NCBI GenBank assembly: GCA_036172245.1
Contig: JAYWIR010000041.1
Location: 558,001-622,000 of the forward strand
Source: Raillietiella orientalis
Taxonomy: Eukaryota
Direction: 5' to 3'
Length of the DNA: 64,000 bases
The notes beneath the pieces were generated by a model that saw nothing but the letters and a program-made list of their open reading frames with translations, searched no databases and was not told the DNA's origin. Below, piece after piece: positions 1 through 12,124 of this stretch. A program made the translations under genes and the position numbers. Position 1 is the stretch's first letter, and each line of letters opens with the position of its first letter.

Positions 1-859
1 CTCTACTCATCAAAGTGTCATAACAAGCCAACGTGCATTATCACTGGTATTCCTCTCGAAAGCTCTCGAAGGCTGCGGTCTCGGAACGCGGGATGAGGCG
101 GTGGGAGAGAAAGGATTGCAGACGGAGGCGCTCTTGACCGCCAGAGTTCGCACGAGGAGCGAAAACTCGGAAGCGACTGGGATGTGGTCGAGATTCGCTC
201 GACATGCGCACGTGGGTCCGTTCGCCACTGCGAGGAGGCATGGTGGCGGCGCCATCGCTCCTCTGCACTCTCGGCTGTGTTGACAGCGCCGTTGCCAGGG
301 GATCCCGGCGAAAGCATCGGAGGACACCTGAGGACTCGACACCCTGCGACCCTCCGATGTCGTCGCCCACCCCACACTCGGTCCGCGGCGAAGGAGGACC
401 GCAGTCAGCCCCTCAAGTGCAGCGGTCGTGGCGCGCCCCGCAACCAAGCACCATGCGCCACCCTCGGCGAAGGTCTCTGCGCTGCCACAGGCATCGGTCC
501 CTGGTCCAGGCCGAAGCGGACATTGGAGAGTGCCAGATTCATCCTCCGGAGTCCGCTCTGGCCCGAACTATTTTCCGCTTTCGTGGGCGCGGGGCCGCAG
601 TTCCCTCCCTCCATTCTTCCCTTCGAAAGCGCGCCCGTAAAGGAAATTCGGGGAGTCGCGTCCCCTCGCCCTCGTTCCCTGCAGCGGGACCGGAGCGAAA
701 GCAAACGGTTCCTGGGTTGCTCCGGCATGCATCCCCGACCCAACCCAGAAAGGCGTGACCTCTCGTCACGGCGGCCGCCGGTGCGTCTCGAGCGTTCGCT
801 GCCCGCTTTCGCGAGGGGCTGGGTCAACCGCGCAGGCGCAGCAGAGGTTCTGGTCGCTT

Positions 860-1110
860 ACTTGTCCCATCGGACGACCTCAAAATGTTTGCGGACCGGA
901 GTCCCTCCTCTGAGTGCTCCCCAAAGAAGGGGAAGGGAGCTTGGGCGATCCGCACCTGCAGAACAGACACAACGTCCATCGTAGAGGGCCCGGCACTACG
1001 GCGTTCTTCGGAGCCACACCTCTGTAGAAGCATTCGCCACAGCAAGCTCTGGACCATCAGCATCCGCAAGGTGCAGACGCCTGCCAGCCGCTTCCAGGGC
1101 AAAGAGAGCC
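860..1110 (-). mobile_element. LINE ORF2 zf-RVT relic
   Basis: PWKRLAGV....VQSLLWRMLLQR followed by LCLFC in another frame. Confidence 0.35.
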
Positions 1111-1429
1111 GTCCCAGAGGGCGCGAAGGCGGTGACCGGGCGCCCTAGCGAGCATCACACAGCATCTTTCGCAATCACCTCAGCGACCACTGTTTGGGGG
1201 CGGACGATGGAACGGTTCAGGAGGCACCAGGGAGGGTGGTGCTCTTTGCGCACCTTCTCAGGCAGAGAGCGCTACGCTAACGGGGTCGGGAGTCTTCTAT
1301 CGGGAGGGCTTCTTGGTCCGGTTTAAGGACGATGTCCGATGGCATTCTGGGACGTCCTTGCCTCACTCTGGCATGGCGAGGAAGGGCGGCGCCCTGCAAT
1401 TCCTCAGCATCACGAAAAGACAAACCGAT

Positions 1430-2125
1430 GATGGTGGATCCTTTGAGGTTCCTCCACTCTCCTTCCAGATGGTTTCCTTTTCTTTTGGGGGGTTCCCCGA
1501 ATGCCGAAGAACTGTTCGCCTCCTCCCGAGGGGGTTTCACGAAGCTCCTCCAGCGTTGTTCGCGCCAACCGAGGGGGCGCGTGACTCGTCGAGTTGAGAA
1601 AGGTGACCACGGAGGGACCATGCGATGAAGCCAGGAAGGCTACAAAGGAAGGAGTCTGCTCCTCTCTCATGCACGGGAAGGAATCCAGAAGGGAACTAAC
1701 TCTTCCTTGTTCCCTATGGAAAGACACCTCGAAAAGGACCCCTTCGTTGTTCTTTTCTGAAGAGAACCCTGAAGGAAGCAGCGCGCCTCTTACACTTCAT
1801 ACAATTCTCTTCTTACCTCTGAGAGAGAGGGTACCAAGCAGCTCCATGGTAACGGCTCCATTCTTGCAACAGAGAGGGAGCCCTGAAGGACTCCTTGATT
1901 CAAGGAAGGACCCCGGAGGGTCGACTTCCAATCCCGGCCGGTCAGCGGGGACATCCGGCTTCTACCAGCACGCCGCGCCCAAAGGCTAACCAGCGTCGTC
2001 CTGCGGGGGATACTCGAAAACCCACGACGCTTTCCTCACTTCTCAGGGAGTCGACGCTTCTCCCTGTGGGATTCCAGCTCACGATGCTTGGCGCCACGCG
2101 GCCGCCCACACGGGCCCGCTGAAGT
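1430..2125 (-). mobile_element. SINE-like family A copy (diverged)
   Basis: Shares atggtgga..., gaagccaggaagg, tctgaagagaaccc, gaaggaccccggagggtcgacttccaatcc and cagcgtcgtcctgcgggg blocks. Confidence 0.65.
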
Positions 2126-2231
2126 CAGCAACACGTGGGTGTCCTCCAGGACGCGGTCGCCGGACCGGCGGAGGAACCACCCCTCTCTTCCGAGAGGGCG
2201 TCCAGAGGGGCTGCGAAGGGTATGAAGGGCG

Positions 2232-2305
2232 TTTGGATTTCGGAGAGTCCGTCCGCGCGCGGGATGCTGGCTGGGGGGGTGCGCGCTGCGCAATCAGGCA
2301 GCCTG
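2232..2305 (+). repeat. Short dispersed repeat (second copy at ~6270-6345)
   Basis: ggattt.cgg.gagt..gtc.gcgcgcgggatgctggct...gcgc.cgctgcgca.t.aggcagc is present at both sites. Confidence 0.65.
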
Positions 2306-5300
2306 TGGCAGCGACGGATGAGCCAAAGAGGTCACCGGACGTTCCTCCCTGTCCATGGGAGGAGCAGGTTCGGTGGGACCTTCTGAGGAACGTCATGACT
2401 GGGGTGGGTAGGAGTAGGAATGGGGGTGAGGGAAGGAAGTAGATGCAGCTACTCTTCAAGGAAGGGCCGGCAACAACCATGGGACGTCTGCCGCCTGCGT
2501 CCTGCTGGCTGTTACAGCGGCGGCGTTCCGAGACTCCCACTGAGAGACGTCGAGATCGGGCTGCGTCGAGGAGGTCGCCCTGGGCGGTCGTGACCTTCGC
2601 TCGAAACACAAGTCCATCCTTAGGAGAGGCTGCTACCTGTCCGTGGAGCGAGGGGTCGCGGGAGCTTCCGGTGGAAGGCGGTCGCTGAAAAACCCTGAAA
2701 GCTCCCGGACTCGGACGGCGAGCGTCCTCTGGGCGAGAAGATGGGAAAGCACGGGACCCACGCGCGTCTCCGGTACCGAGCGCACCCGAAACCGGCTGCT
2801 ACACTTGCCTAGAAGCAGCCGCGTCGCTGCATCCCTGGGGGGAGGAGGGGGGGTCGTGCCGACGCCCTCGGGTTGGCTTTACTGTGACGCCCCCTTTTTC
2901 CGTTTCGTTGCGAGCAACGAAGGGACAGCCGAGAAGGGGGCGTCGGCGGCTGTGGGCGTGCCCCGTCGTTGTCCGGAGCGGACCCCTGCGCCGCGCGCGC
3001 GAGCGTCCACCACCGCCGGGGAGGGCGCGCGCGCGTCCCTCCCCACGCCGTCTCTCCCCGACCAGCTTCCACTTGAATGCGATGGGTGGACCGCGGAGAT
3101 TACAGTCATTTCGACAGTAATGACGACAAATGCTCCTGCGGACGGGCGCTCCGGCGGACGGGCGAAAACACGGCGCCCGGGAAGGGATTAAAAAATGGTC
3201 CTTTTTAATGAAGCCAAATCAAATAAACGAGAGTGGCCGACCGTGAGAACGGCCGGCGCGGGTCTCCGCCGGCCAGTCACGTCCTCCGCCCGGCCGTAAT
3301 CACCAGCCGCGGGTGGATGTAATTCGATAAACTCCAAAGACTTGATTGTAGGATGCAGGTTACGCTCTTGGGAACATCTCGGCTGAAAGGAAGGAGACCT
3401 GACCACGTAATTTCGGTTCCTGTAGACAGACAGACACCCTGCCCTCCTCCTCCTCTTCCTCCTCCTCTCCGTCATCTCCCTCTCTTCCCCTCCCCCTTTT
3501 CCGTTCTTCGTCGTCGTAATCTCCTCCAGACTCTTCCCTGAAAAGCTCCCATCTTTCTCCTCCTCCTCTTGCCTGTGCAGGGGTCTCCCTCCCCGGAGTC
3601 GGAGGTCTTGTTCCTCCGACCCGCGCGCGGGCCGTCGTGCCTCAACGCCTCAGGCGGTTCCGCAAGGAGTCTCCTCCGGCACCCTTTCTTGATCCTCTTC
3701 TTTTCCTTCCCCTTCCTGCCCTCGGACTCGGCGCGCGCGCCCCCAGCGCGACACGCCGGAGGCTACCGGAAGGGTCCTACTCCTTCGTTTCCGGAAGTGT
3801 CTGGCTGGACAGCGCGCGCGAAGGACGCCGAGGGAATGGCCACTCCAGAAGGTCGCCCTCGCAGCGCCACCCCATCCTGCCCCCGGATCGGCTTGCAACT
3901 CCTTTCGCGGGCCAACGCGCCACCTCGACCAGGATGGCGTCCCCTTCCCCCCTCCCCTCCGAGTGACATGAGACCAATTCGAATCTAAATGGAGTCATCG
4001 GATGACGACGGCTGCTCGCCGTCCGGAGGGGAAGAAATCGCCCGTCTGGACCTCCCGCCCGCTCTCGGAACTGAAAGACGCAAAGCCACTCCCGTCCCGC
4101 CAGGATGCTGGCGGCCGGTCCGGCGTAGGAGTCAACCCCCGCTTCCAGAAAGGCGTCCAGAGGGGACGCAAAGGGAACTCTCCTCCTGGAGATAAACGGC
4201 CCCAGGTATTGATCCCGGCTGATAGATCTCAGCCAGGTCGACACGGAAGTCCGAATCCTTGCCGGCGGAAGGGGATGCGGGTAAACCCAGTCCCCCCGGA
4301 TTTCGCCTTCACCCCGCGCCCTGTTGCGGCGGAGGCTCCTCCAGCAACTCCCTCTGCCCGATCCTTTCCGCGCGCGCCACGAGATCACCGAACGCGCCAC
4401 ATCCCTTCCCCTGATGCTCCCCACCGTCATCTTCGGCCGTTCCCCAGCGCCCGAGGGTTCTCCGCCACCCTCGTGCCTGGTCGCTGGCGCACTAGAGGAG
4501 GGGGGAGAGTGGAAGGGGAGGTTCCTCCCTGCCGGCTCCCTCCTTCCCCTTTCCGCCACGGGCGGGGTCAGATGCCCTCGCGAAGTCGGCGACAGTGAGG
4601 AAAGTCGCGTCTTCCCGGGACGAAATGGACCACGCTGCCAGGGGGTCTCTCGGACTGGGTGGTTCGAGGTCCCCCTCCGGCTCTTCGCTCCAGAAGGCAG
4701 GCGCGAAAGAACGGCAGCAAGCGCGGAGTGCCTTCCGCGCGACTCCCAGGATGGCTTTGGGCGTTTGAGCCCCAGTCGGTAGGGCGCGCCTTCTTGGGGC
4801 GCGGTATATTCGGAAATGCTCCTTTCCCTGGAACGGGCTCTCCGTGGGCTGGAGGCTCACTCGCAAACCAACGCTTGCCGATTCCCGCGCGAGGGAGCGG
4901 CGCCGCTCCCTGGCAGCTCCCTCGGCGCGCCTGCGCGCTCGCTCCCCCGACCGAGGGAGGAGGAAGCGCCTCTGGGTCAGGCCCTCGCAACGAGGAGGGG
5001 GACCGGGGAAAGCGGGAAGAGGCGCGCCGGAACCAGCGCGAGCCTCCTCCCGCCGGCGCCCTTCGCCCGGCCTCCGCCGCCGCAGCGCCCGATGCTCCAC
5101 GGTTGCAGCCTCTGATAAACAGATTGTCTTTTCGTGATGCTCGAGAAATTTCAGTGCTCCGCTCTCTCCCGTCATGTAACGCGATTCTGCCATGGTAACC
5201 ACTGGCATCACAGCGCGTAATTGGTGTTTGCTGGAGCTTTAATTATAGCTCGCAGCATCGACTGACGTCTTAGTGTGCGCGAGTGCGTGTGGCTGGCCGC

Positions 5301-7319
5301 GCGCGCTGCCGCTCCCGAGGACACCACTTCGGAGATGCGCATCCCCCAGAAACCTGGGGAACGATCTTGTCTTCCCCCTCCCGAAAAAGGCAGACGGGCT
5401 GCTGCCCAGTCTTTTCCTCGTGCGCGCTCTGCGGCAGTCAGTCGGAACAGCGGAAGCCGAAGCCCACGCGCTGTCGGAACGGACGCCAGCAGCTGGGGAG
5501 GGAGCTGGAAGCCGATGACGCTCGGGGCCGAGCTCTTCCTCCTTTAAGGTCGAGGGGCGGGTGGGTGGCGGCCTCGACTCTCAACTTACAGGGAGAGCTC
5601 GTTGATTTCTCTCCTTTTCCTCCCTCTCTTCCTCCTCTTTTAGCCTCCACAGCGAGGCGTCAGAAGACGTGCCTCGAGCAGTGGCATGGCACCAGTGGCG
5701 CACAGCCGCAGAGCACGCGGGACCACGCAGGTTGCGCGGCACCCTGGGGTGGGCTTGCGCGCCTCCTTTGCTTATTCCGGCTCGGTAGGTGACGTCGAAG
5801 ACCAGTCGACCACAGGCCTTCTTAGGGACACTCGCGGGTCGGGTCCTCACTTGCCTCGAAAGGAAGGCAGCGCCCGAGATGGGCGGATCTGTGGGCGCTG
5901 GGACAGTTGGCTCCGCCGTCAGAAGGGCGAAGGAAGAACAGGGGAGCGTGGGCCGAGGAACGAGAACGGGAGGAAGAAGAGGAAAAACACCACGGACGAC
6001 TTTTCCTCCTGCCGAGGCTGAGAGGAGGTCGACCACCGCCGCTGCGTGTGTCGTTCGCTGCGTCTCTTCGAGCCGCGGCGGTGGGGGAGCGCTCTCGCTG
6101 GCGCTTCCCCTCCCCCTTTCCCGCCACCGCTCTAAGGACACGTCGGGAGGAGGAGGAGGCACGCGACGAAATCGCCGGGGCTTCCTCCGGCTCTCCCCGA
6201 GAGGGAAAGTCCGGCGGGAGAAAACAAATTTTCGAGGGTCCGGGAACGCGTGATGCGACGACGTCGCGTTCGGATTTTCGGGGAGTTGGTCTGCGCGCGG
6301 GATGCTGGCTCGCTGGGGGCGCTCGCTGCGCAGTTAGGCAGCGCAGCGAGCAAAACAGTAAGGACCCGGCCGTAATAACAGTGATCTAGGATGGAGAAGA
6401 CACTGGAGGTTCCTCCGCGACTCGGTAATTTCGCCTGAATTACATGTTTTCCTCGCGGGGTCACGTCTTGAAGTGCACGGGGCAGCGTCGCGTTAGAGCC
6501 ATCGCCGGTCACCAGGCAGACCGTTTGCAAGTAGTTGCGCGCGTGCGTCCATCCCCTCCCTCCCTCCTTCTCCTTCCCTCCCCTGGGGACTTTTAAGAGA
6601 TGCCAGGAGCGAGACGTCCGGCAAGACGGCCGCGTTTCTCTCGGAATCGCGCCTCGGTGGATTGGCGCTGCTGTCGCGCATGCGCGTGCGCGCTTCCCTC
6701 GATAGCTAACCTCGCTCGCTCGGAGAGAGCCGAGGGCCGAACCCTCGTTAATGCGTTTGTTCCTGGAACAAAGCGGCACGTCCCGGGCTCATCGTACGCT
6801 CACGGTCGCAAAGGTCTCTGTTGATGCAGCCACAAAAGTCTCGTTAGAAGCCGCGTGCAGCTCCGTGCTTGAAATGAGATCCAGAAAGCACCATCTTGAA
6901 AACGGAGTCCATTAGTGGCAATAGCGGGAAACCGTACTCATTCCCATTCCAGAGAGGAACGGAGCGGAATCGCTCTCCTGGGAAGCGAACGGAAGAGCTA
7001 CCGGGATGCTTCCCGGTCGTGACCGCTGGAGGCCTCGTTGACGGTGCGAAGCAGGACTCCCCTGACTCACCCTCCAGACAGACAACCACCACACGAGGGT
7101 GAACGGCGGCACATCCTTGCTCCCGAACTATCTCGTGCGCCGCTGTTCCTGTCCTCTTCCTTGCTGCCGCTGGTTACCAGTGCGTTTGCTGCAGAAGCTG
7201 CTGCCGTCCCCCCATTAAGCAGATGGTGGAAAAAGCAGTGGAGGGAGGCCCGAGTTCTTGGACGTGTCTTGCATCTGCCTAGATGCAGCGATCGAGGAAG
7301 AGTTTCAAGGGTCAACTGC

Positions 7320-7995
7320 CATGGTGGGGTTCTCCTTTGGGGCCCTCCTGCAGTTTCTCTGCTTTCCTTCCACCTTTTGTTTTGTTTTGTTTTTTCTTCT
7401 CTGTTTTCGGTTCTCCAAGTGCCGAAGAACTGCTCGCCTCCCTGGGTGGGTCACACGAATCTCTTTAACGCTGTCCACGCCACCCGAGGAGGCATGTGAC
7501 TCTTCCAGTTGTAGAAGATGACAACGGAGGGACCCCCCTATGAGTCCAGGAAGGTTCAGAAGGCAGGAGTGCGTTTTTCTCTAACGCCTGGGAGGGAAAC
7601 CGCAAGGGAACCGCTCCTTGTTCCACTCTTCTGAAGAGAACTTGACGGGAGCAGCGCGCTTACACTCAGGAGACGCAACCACCCGAGGGGGACATCAACC
7701 AGTTCCATGTCACAGCTCCATTTTCACAACTGGAAGGGGACCTCCAAGGTCTTTTTGATTCCCGGAAAGACCCCAGGGGTCAAACTTCCAATCCTGGTCA
7801 CTCAACGGGGGCGTCCAGCTTCCGGCAGTGCTGCTGCATCCGAATGGACCAACCAGCTTCATCTTGCGGGGGAGACTCGAAATCCACGACGCGCTCATTT
7901 CTCCGGCGTCGATCCTCTACGCGGGGATTCGAACCCGCGACACTTTGCACCTCACGCGCTGTAACCGCGGACACGCGGCCGCACCGACGCGGGGC
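7320..7995 (-). mobile_element. SINE-like family A copy (diverged)
   Basis: Same block order, ending in ggggattcgaacccgcgac (reverse B-box). Confidence 0.7.
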
Positions 7996-8339
7996 CTCTT
8001 CGAATAGGTGTCGCGGGTGCAAAAGGAAGGCGGTGTTTTTTGCCGAAGGAACACGGACGGAGAGATTCGCGATCTCACGGAAGGTTCTCGTCGGAGGTCC
8101 GAAATCGCGTTCTTACAGAGCTCCTATTCTTCCCTGCTCTTCCGATCCTCTGGGGACTGCCGCATCGAAAACGTTTGTCCCCGCTCAAGGCCGTGGCGGC
8201 GTCTTGTGAGCCGCCGAGACTTCAGTCAAGTGAGAAGAGTAAAAGCTGGATGGGAAAGCAGGCGTTTATGTCGCCGCCTCCAGTGCTGCATTCCAGACTC
8301 GTGCCACTTCCGGCGGAATCGCTTTAGCAGGACCCGTAG

Positions 8340-9860
8340 CAGGTAGTTGGAGGCAAAGGAATGCCAACGAGCTTGCTCTTCGTAGAGTCGCTCCTTGACC
8401 GTCCAAACGCACCTGAGGCAGGGAAGGTGGTGATGCAGAATGGCAATATGCACGTGCACATTATGGATGTCCTTGCACGTGTACATGCGTGGATCCACTG
8501 CGTGCATCCGTGGAACGCTGTTAAGGAGTGCATGCGAAGCAGGTGCGCGCTCACGAGCGGTCACGGAACGGAGTGTGCGTCCTGGAACCACGGCTCTCCA
8601 GGTTCCTAAATGCTATCAGACCTATGGGAAGTGAGGTCATGAACGCTGGACTAATGTGAGATGGACAGAATCCGCCACAATGTCAAAGCCCAGAGGGGTA
8701 AAGAAACATGCAATTCCCAAGCGGCTGGAGCTCCCTGCTGATTCCCGAGAATCGCTATTTCCAGGGATGGCTACTGGAAGAATTCCATTCGGCGAATCGC
8801 GGAGGATTCCACCCTTGGGCTAGATAGGATCGGTCACTCCCATTGCAGCGACATCCATCCCGATGCCCAGACACTGGTCCTTGGATTGTGTGTATTCCGT
8901 GTTGCGAAATCGCTGTGGCGCGTGGACGCGCGCAGACGACGCTGCTTCCCGACGCTTCCGTGACATCTTCGGCTCACGCCCGCTACAGGCGCAGGAGCCG
9001 TCCTGCCCTCCGTCAGCGTTTGCTTGGCGGCCGTCGCGTCGCGACGAATGCGCACTTCGAACATGCGCGCGCGCGCGCATAGTATCGCGCTCCTCCAGGG
9101 TCGGTTTCCCGGTCGGCCGCCCATCGGCGGGCGGACGAGGCGCGTCGCCTTCGTAGACCAAGTCGTTTCCCGTTCCCTCCAATGGGGAGGTACTCTCGTC
9201 CCATTGGAATACGGAGATTCCGCCGGGCGTCAGGGAATTCCTGAACAGCTTACAGCCGGCCGCCTGCTCAGCGTCCTCGTTGAGGAGGACCTCGTGGATC
9301 AGGTCCCCGGGGTCGCTCCTGTCCAGGAGGTCCCTCACTTCCGCTCTCCCCATCGCCACGGTTCTGAGGACCACCTCGGGTGCCCCAACCATGTGCTCTC
9401 GTCGGCTGAGGACGGGCTGACGCTCGACAGAAGGATGTCGTGAACGGTCACTTCCGGGAGCGCCGAACCTCGCGGCTGGAATGTGCTCCTTCCCATGGGC
9501 CTCCTGGTTGCCCCGTCCAGAGTCAAGGTGCCTCGGCCGAGGTCCGGCAAGCGACGATGCCTCGCTGCAATCTCCAGGTGTCCGGGCGAGCACCGACGAA
9601 GAAGCTTCTTCCCTCCTCGTGACCTTCCAGCTCCCCCCGGCGCCGTCCGGTTTCCGGCTCGCTTCCGATCCGGACGCCCCCGCAACCGCCCTTCGAGACG
9701 TTTTTGCGCGCCGCCACGCGAGGGGTCGGAGGGGCAGCCCTGCCGAATTCTCCTCCCCAGTGCCAGCCACCCCCGGAGTTGCGCCCCTATCCCACCCCCT
9801 ACCCCTGCACGGATCGATAGACGGAAAATGGGATGTGCACTTGGGTAGCAGCTGGGCCCC
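8340..9860 (-). mobile_element. Heavily decayed L1/Tx1-like LINE relic
   Basis: GWLALGRRIRQGCPSDP (~9725-9780) resembles the RT G.RQGCPLSP motif. Downstream scraps resemble an ORF2 C-terminus. Boundaries are uncertain. Confidence 0.35.
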
Positions 9861-10598
9861 GTGGGAGTTCCGATGGAAGCATTGCCTACCTATTTCTCTC
9901 GGAGCGTCCAGGGGCTTTCCACGGTCCCTCCGGCGAGGCGAGGCGGAAGTCCGTTCCGCGGGACGCGCCCCTCGCGGGCGGCCGGGCATCACGAAGTCGT
10001 GCCTCTGGGTTCACACGGAGGGAGGGACTCCCCCCGTCTGAAATTATAGGTCTGTTTCCCGTCGCTCGGGATTTATTTAATTCTCCCTATTTACTTTGGC
10101 TTCTTCGAGCGTCGCGAAACAGCCTTTCCTGTTCCGGGATTTCGTTCCTGCCCGCAACCCGAAGGGGGAGAAGAAGGGAAAGAGGGAGGGAGAGACCGCA
10201 GCGCCACTTCATCTGCAGGGAGCCACCGGAGCAGGCGACGCTGCGCTCGCATTCTTGTCACATTCACGCGATTTTAAAAGAGAGGGACCAAGGCGACCTT
10301 GGACCTTTTCCATTTGCATCGGCTATAATTTGTGGCTTTGCTTTCCCCTCCCCCCCCGTCCCCCCTTTCGTTACTTTGCGTCATCGCCGATGACTGCAGA
10401 ATCAATAAAAAAAATTTGCCAGTGATTACCCCACATTTATCCCGACAGAAAGTCATTCATTTAGGTAGCACCCAAGAATGACACTGCTGCTCAAGGTGAG
10501 TCTTGGTCAGCTCAAGTACGTAGCTGATTGTGGTCGGTAACGTCTTTATCTTAGCCGCATCACGTAACGCAGTTTAGGGCTAAACACGGCAGACCCCC

Positions 10599-10674
10599 GT
10601 ATAACTGAGAGAGACGCTCTCTCAGTTATACACCGGAGCTCAATCGGTTATGAGATGAGCTCCATCGGTTATGA
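10599..10674. repeat. Perfect 15-bp-stem palindrome followed by a short direct repeat
   Basis: gtataactgagagag-acg-ctctctcagttatac (10599-10631), then gagctc.atcggttatga twice. Confidence 0.8.
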
Positions 10675-12092
10675 ATGGATGATGTCTTAGCATTTGTTAA
10701 AAGGAATAGCACGCATCTTGAATGTTTGACCAGTGGAACATCCATTATTGCACTTTAAAACGGAAAGGAAAAAAAGATTCGCAGTGTCTCTTTATCATTT
10801 CACTCTGAGCGGAAAGAAAAAAAAGTAAATTTTGTGGTTCTGCTGATCAACTCGGGCAAATCCACACTCTGTCAGCCCTGAGGCGAAAAATGCTCACTTG
10901 CGCTCCCTGCGCCATCTGTTCCATTCGCGAAAATTTTGATGGAATAGAATTCAGCCAACTTCAATCGTGAGTTCCTTTCCCTTTCTCCTATTTTTTTTTT
11001 TTTATTGTAGAGGTAGCCGAATTGGGACTGCACCACGATATTCAGAATTATCCACAGGCGTCTCCATGCAACGTGCTCCGCATTTAGACCTAAACTGCGT
11101 CACGTGATGCGAATCAAATGAAGACAGCCACCTGCGTGGTTGAGCTGGACAAGACTCACCCTGAGCAGCATCCACAGGATTGTCCTGGAGGGCTGACTGA
11201 CTGCGTTATATGAGGGCTTCACCATTCTTTTTTTTTTTTTTTCTTTGTTTCTTCTCTTTCCCGTGCGATTCCGTCGTACGTGCGCTGCGCCGAATTCCCG
11301 ATATTCCCCGCGATCCGAAGCGCAGCCCCACGTTGTCATCAGAATCATCGAATCTGACGACGACATCCTCTGATGGCAAAAACGGTCTCCGCCGGGCGAA
11401 CCTTTCGTCTGTCTTTTAAATTTGCCTGCCAGTCGAGACTTGGAACGGAGACGTTGAAGGCGGAGGCGATTCGAGAAGGTTCGACGCCATCAGCTGAGCT
11501 GCGGGCGGGCACAGGGCAGTGTAGGTAGCACACGGGAAGTAGCCGGTGGGGGGTCAGGAAATAGAGAAATAGAAGGCGCGAATGAGAAACGAGGAGCTCA
11601 GCTTTGATCATTCCGGACCGGGCGGATGGTTTTCCGGAGTGTTGGAAGAGCAAACACTGCTGCGCTTCACGGCGTTTCCCAGCGGGAGGCTGGCTGGACG
11701 TTCCAGGATCAACTGATGGCGAAAGGGAATTCCTGCTCGCCAACCGTCCTGCGAAGGCCTGTCGGACTGCTTGAAGGGGGGCAGCAGGAATATCAGTTTC
11801 CACACCAGAGTTGAGCATACGCGCGGATCGGGAACTTTTTGACCCGCTTTCCTCGAACGGCAAGGGTTGACGAACACCAGCACAGGTCCGAGACCTTGGC
11901 GACGCACGCAGCAAAGCGATAATTTCCTTCCTCCCCCACCCCCTCACCCTCTTTTCCCCGTACTTGCCCTATAAGCACGTGACGATATCCGTCAGTCACG
12001 GAGGGATCCTTCCATCGGCACGCGTTTCCATGGTTACCCCCGGTGCAGTGCCGCCGCACTTCTTGCCGCGAACGGGGCGAATTCGAACTCAC

Positions 12093-12124
<32 letters not shown>

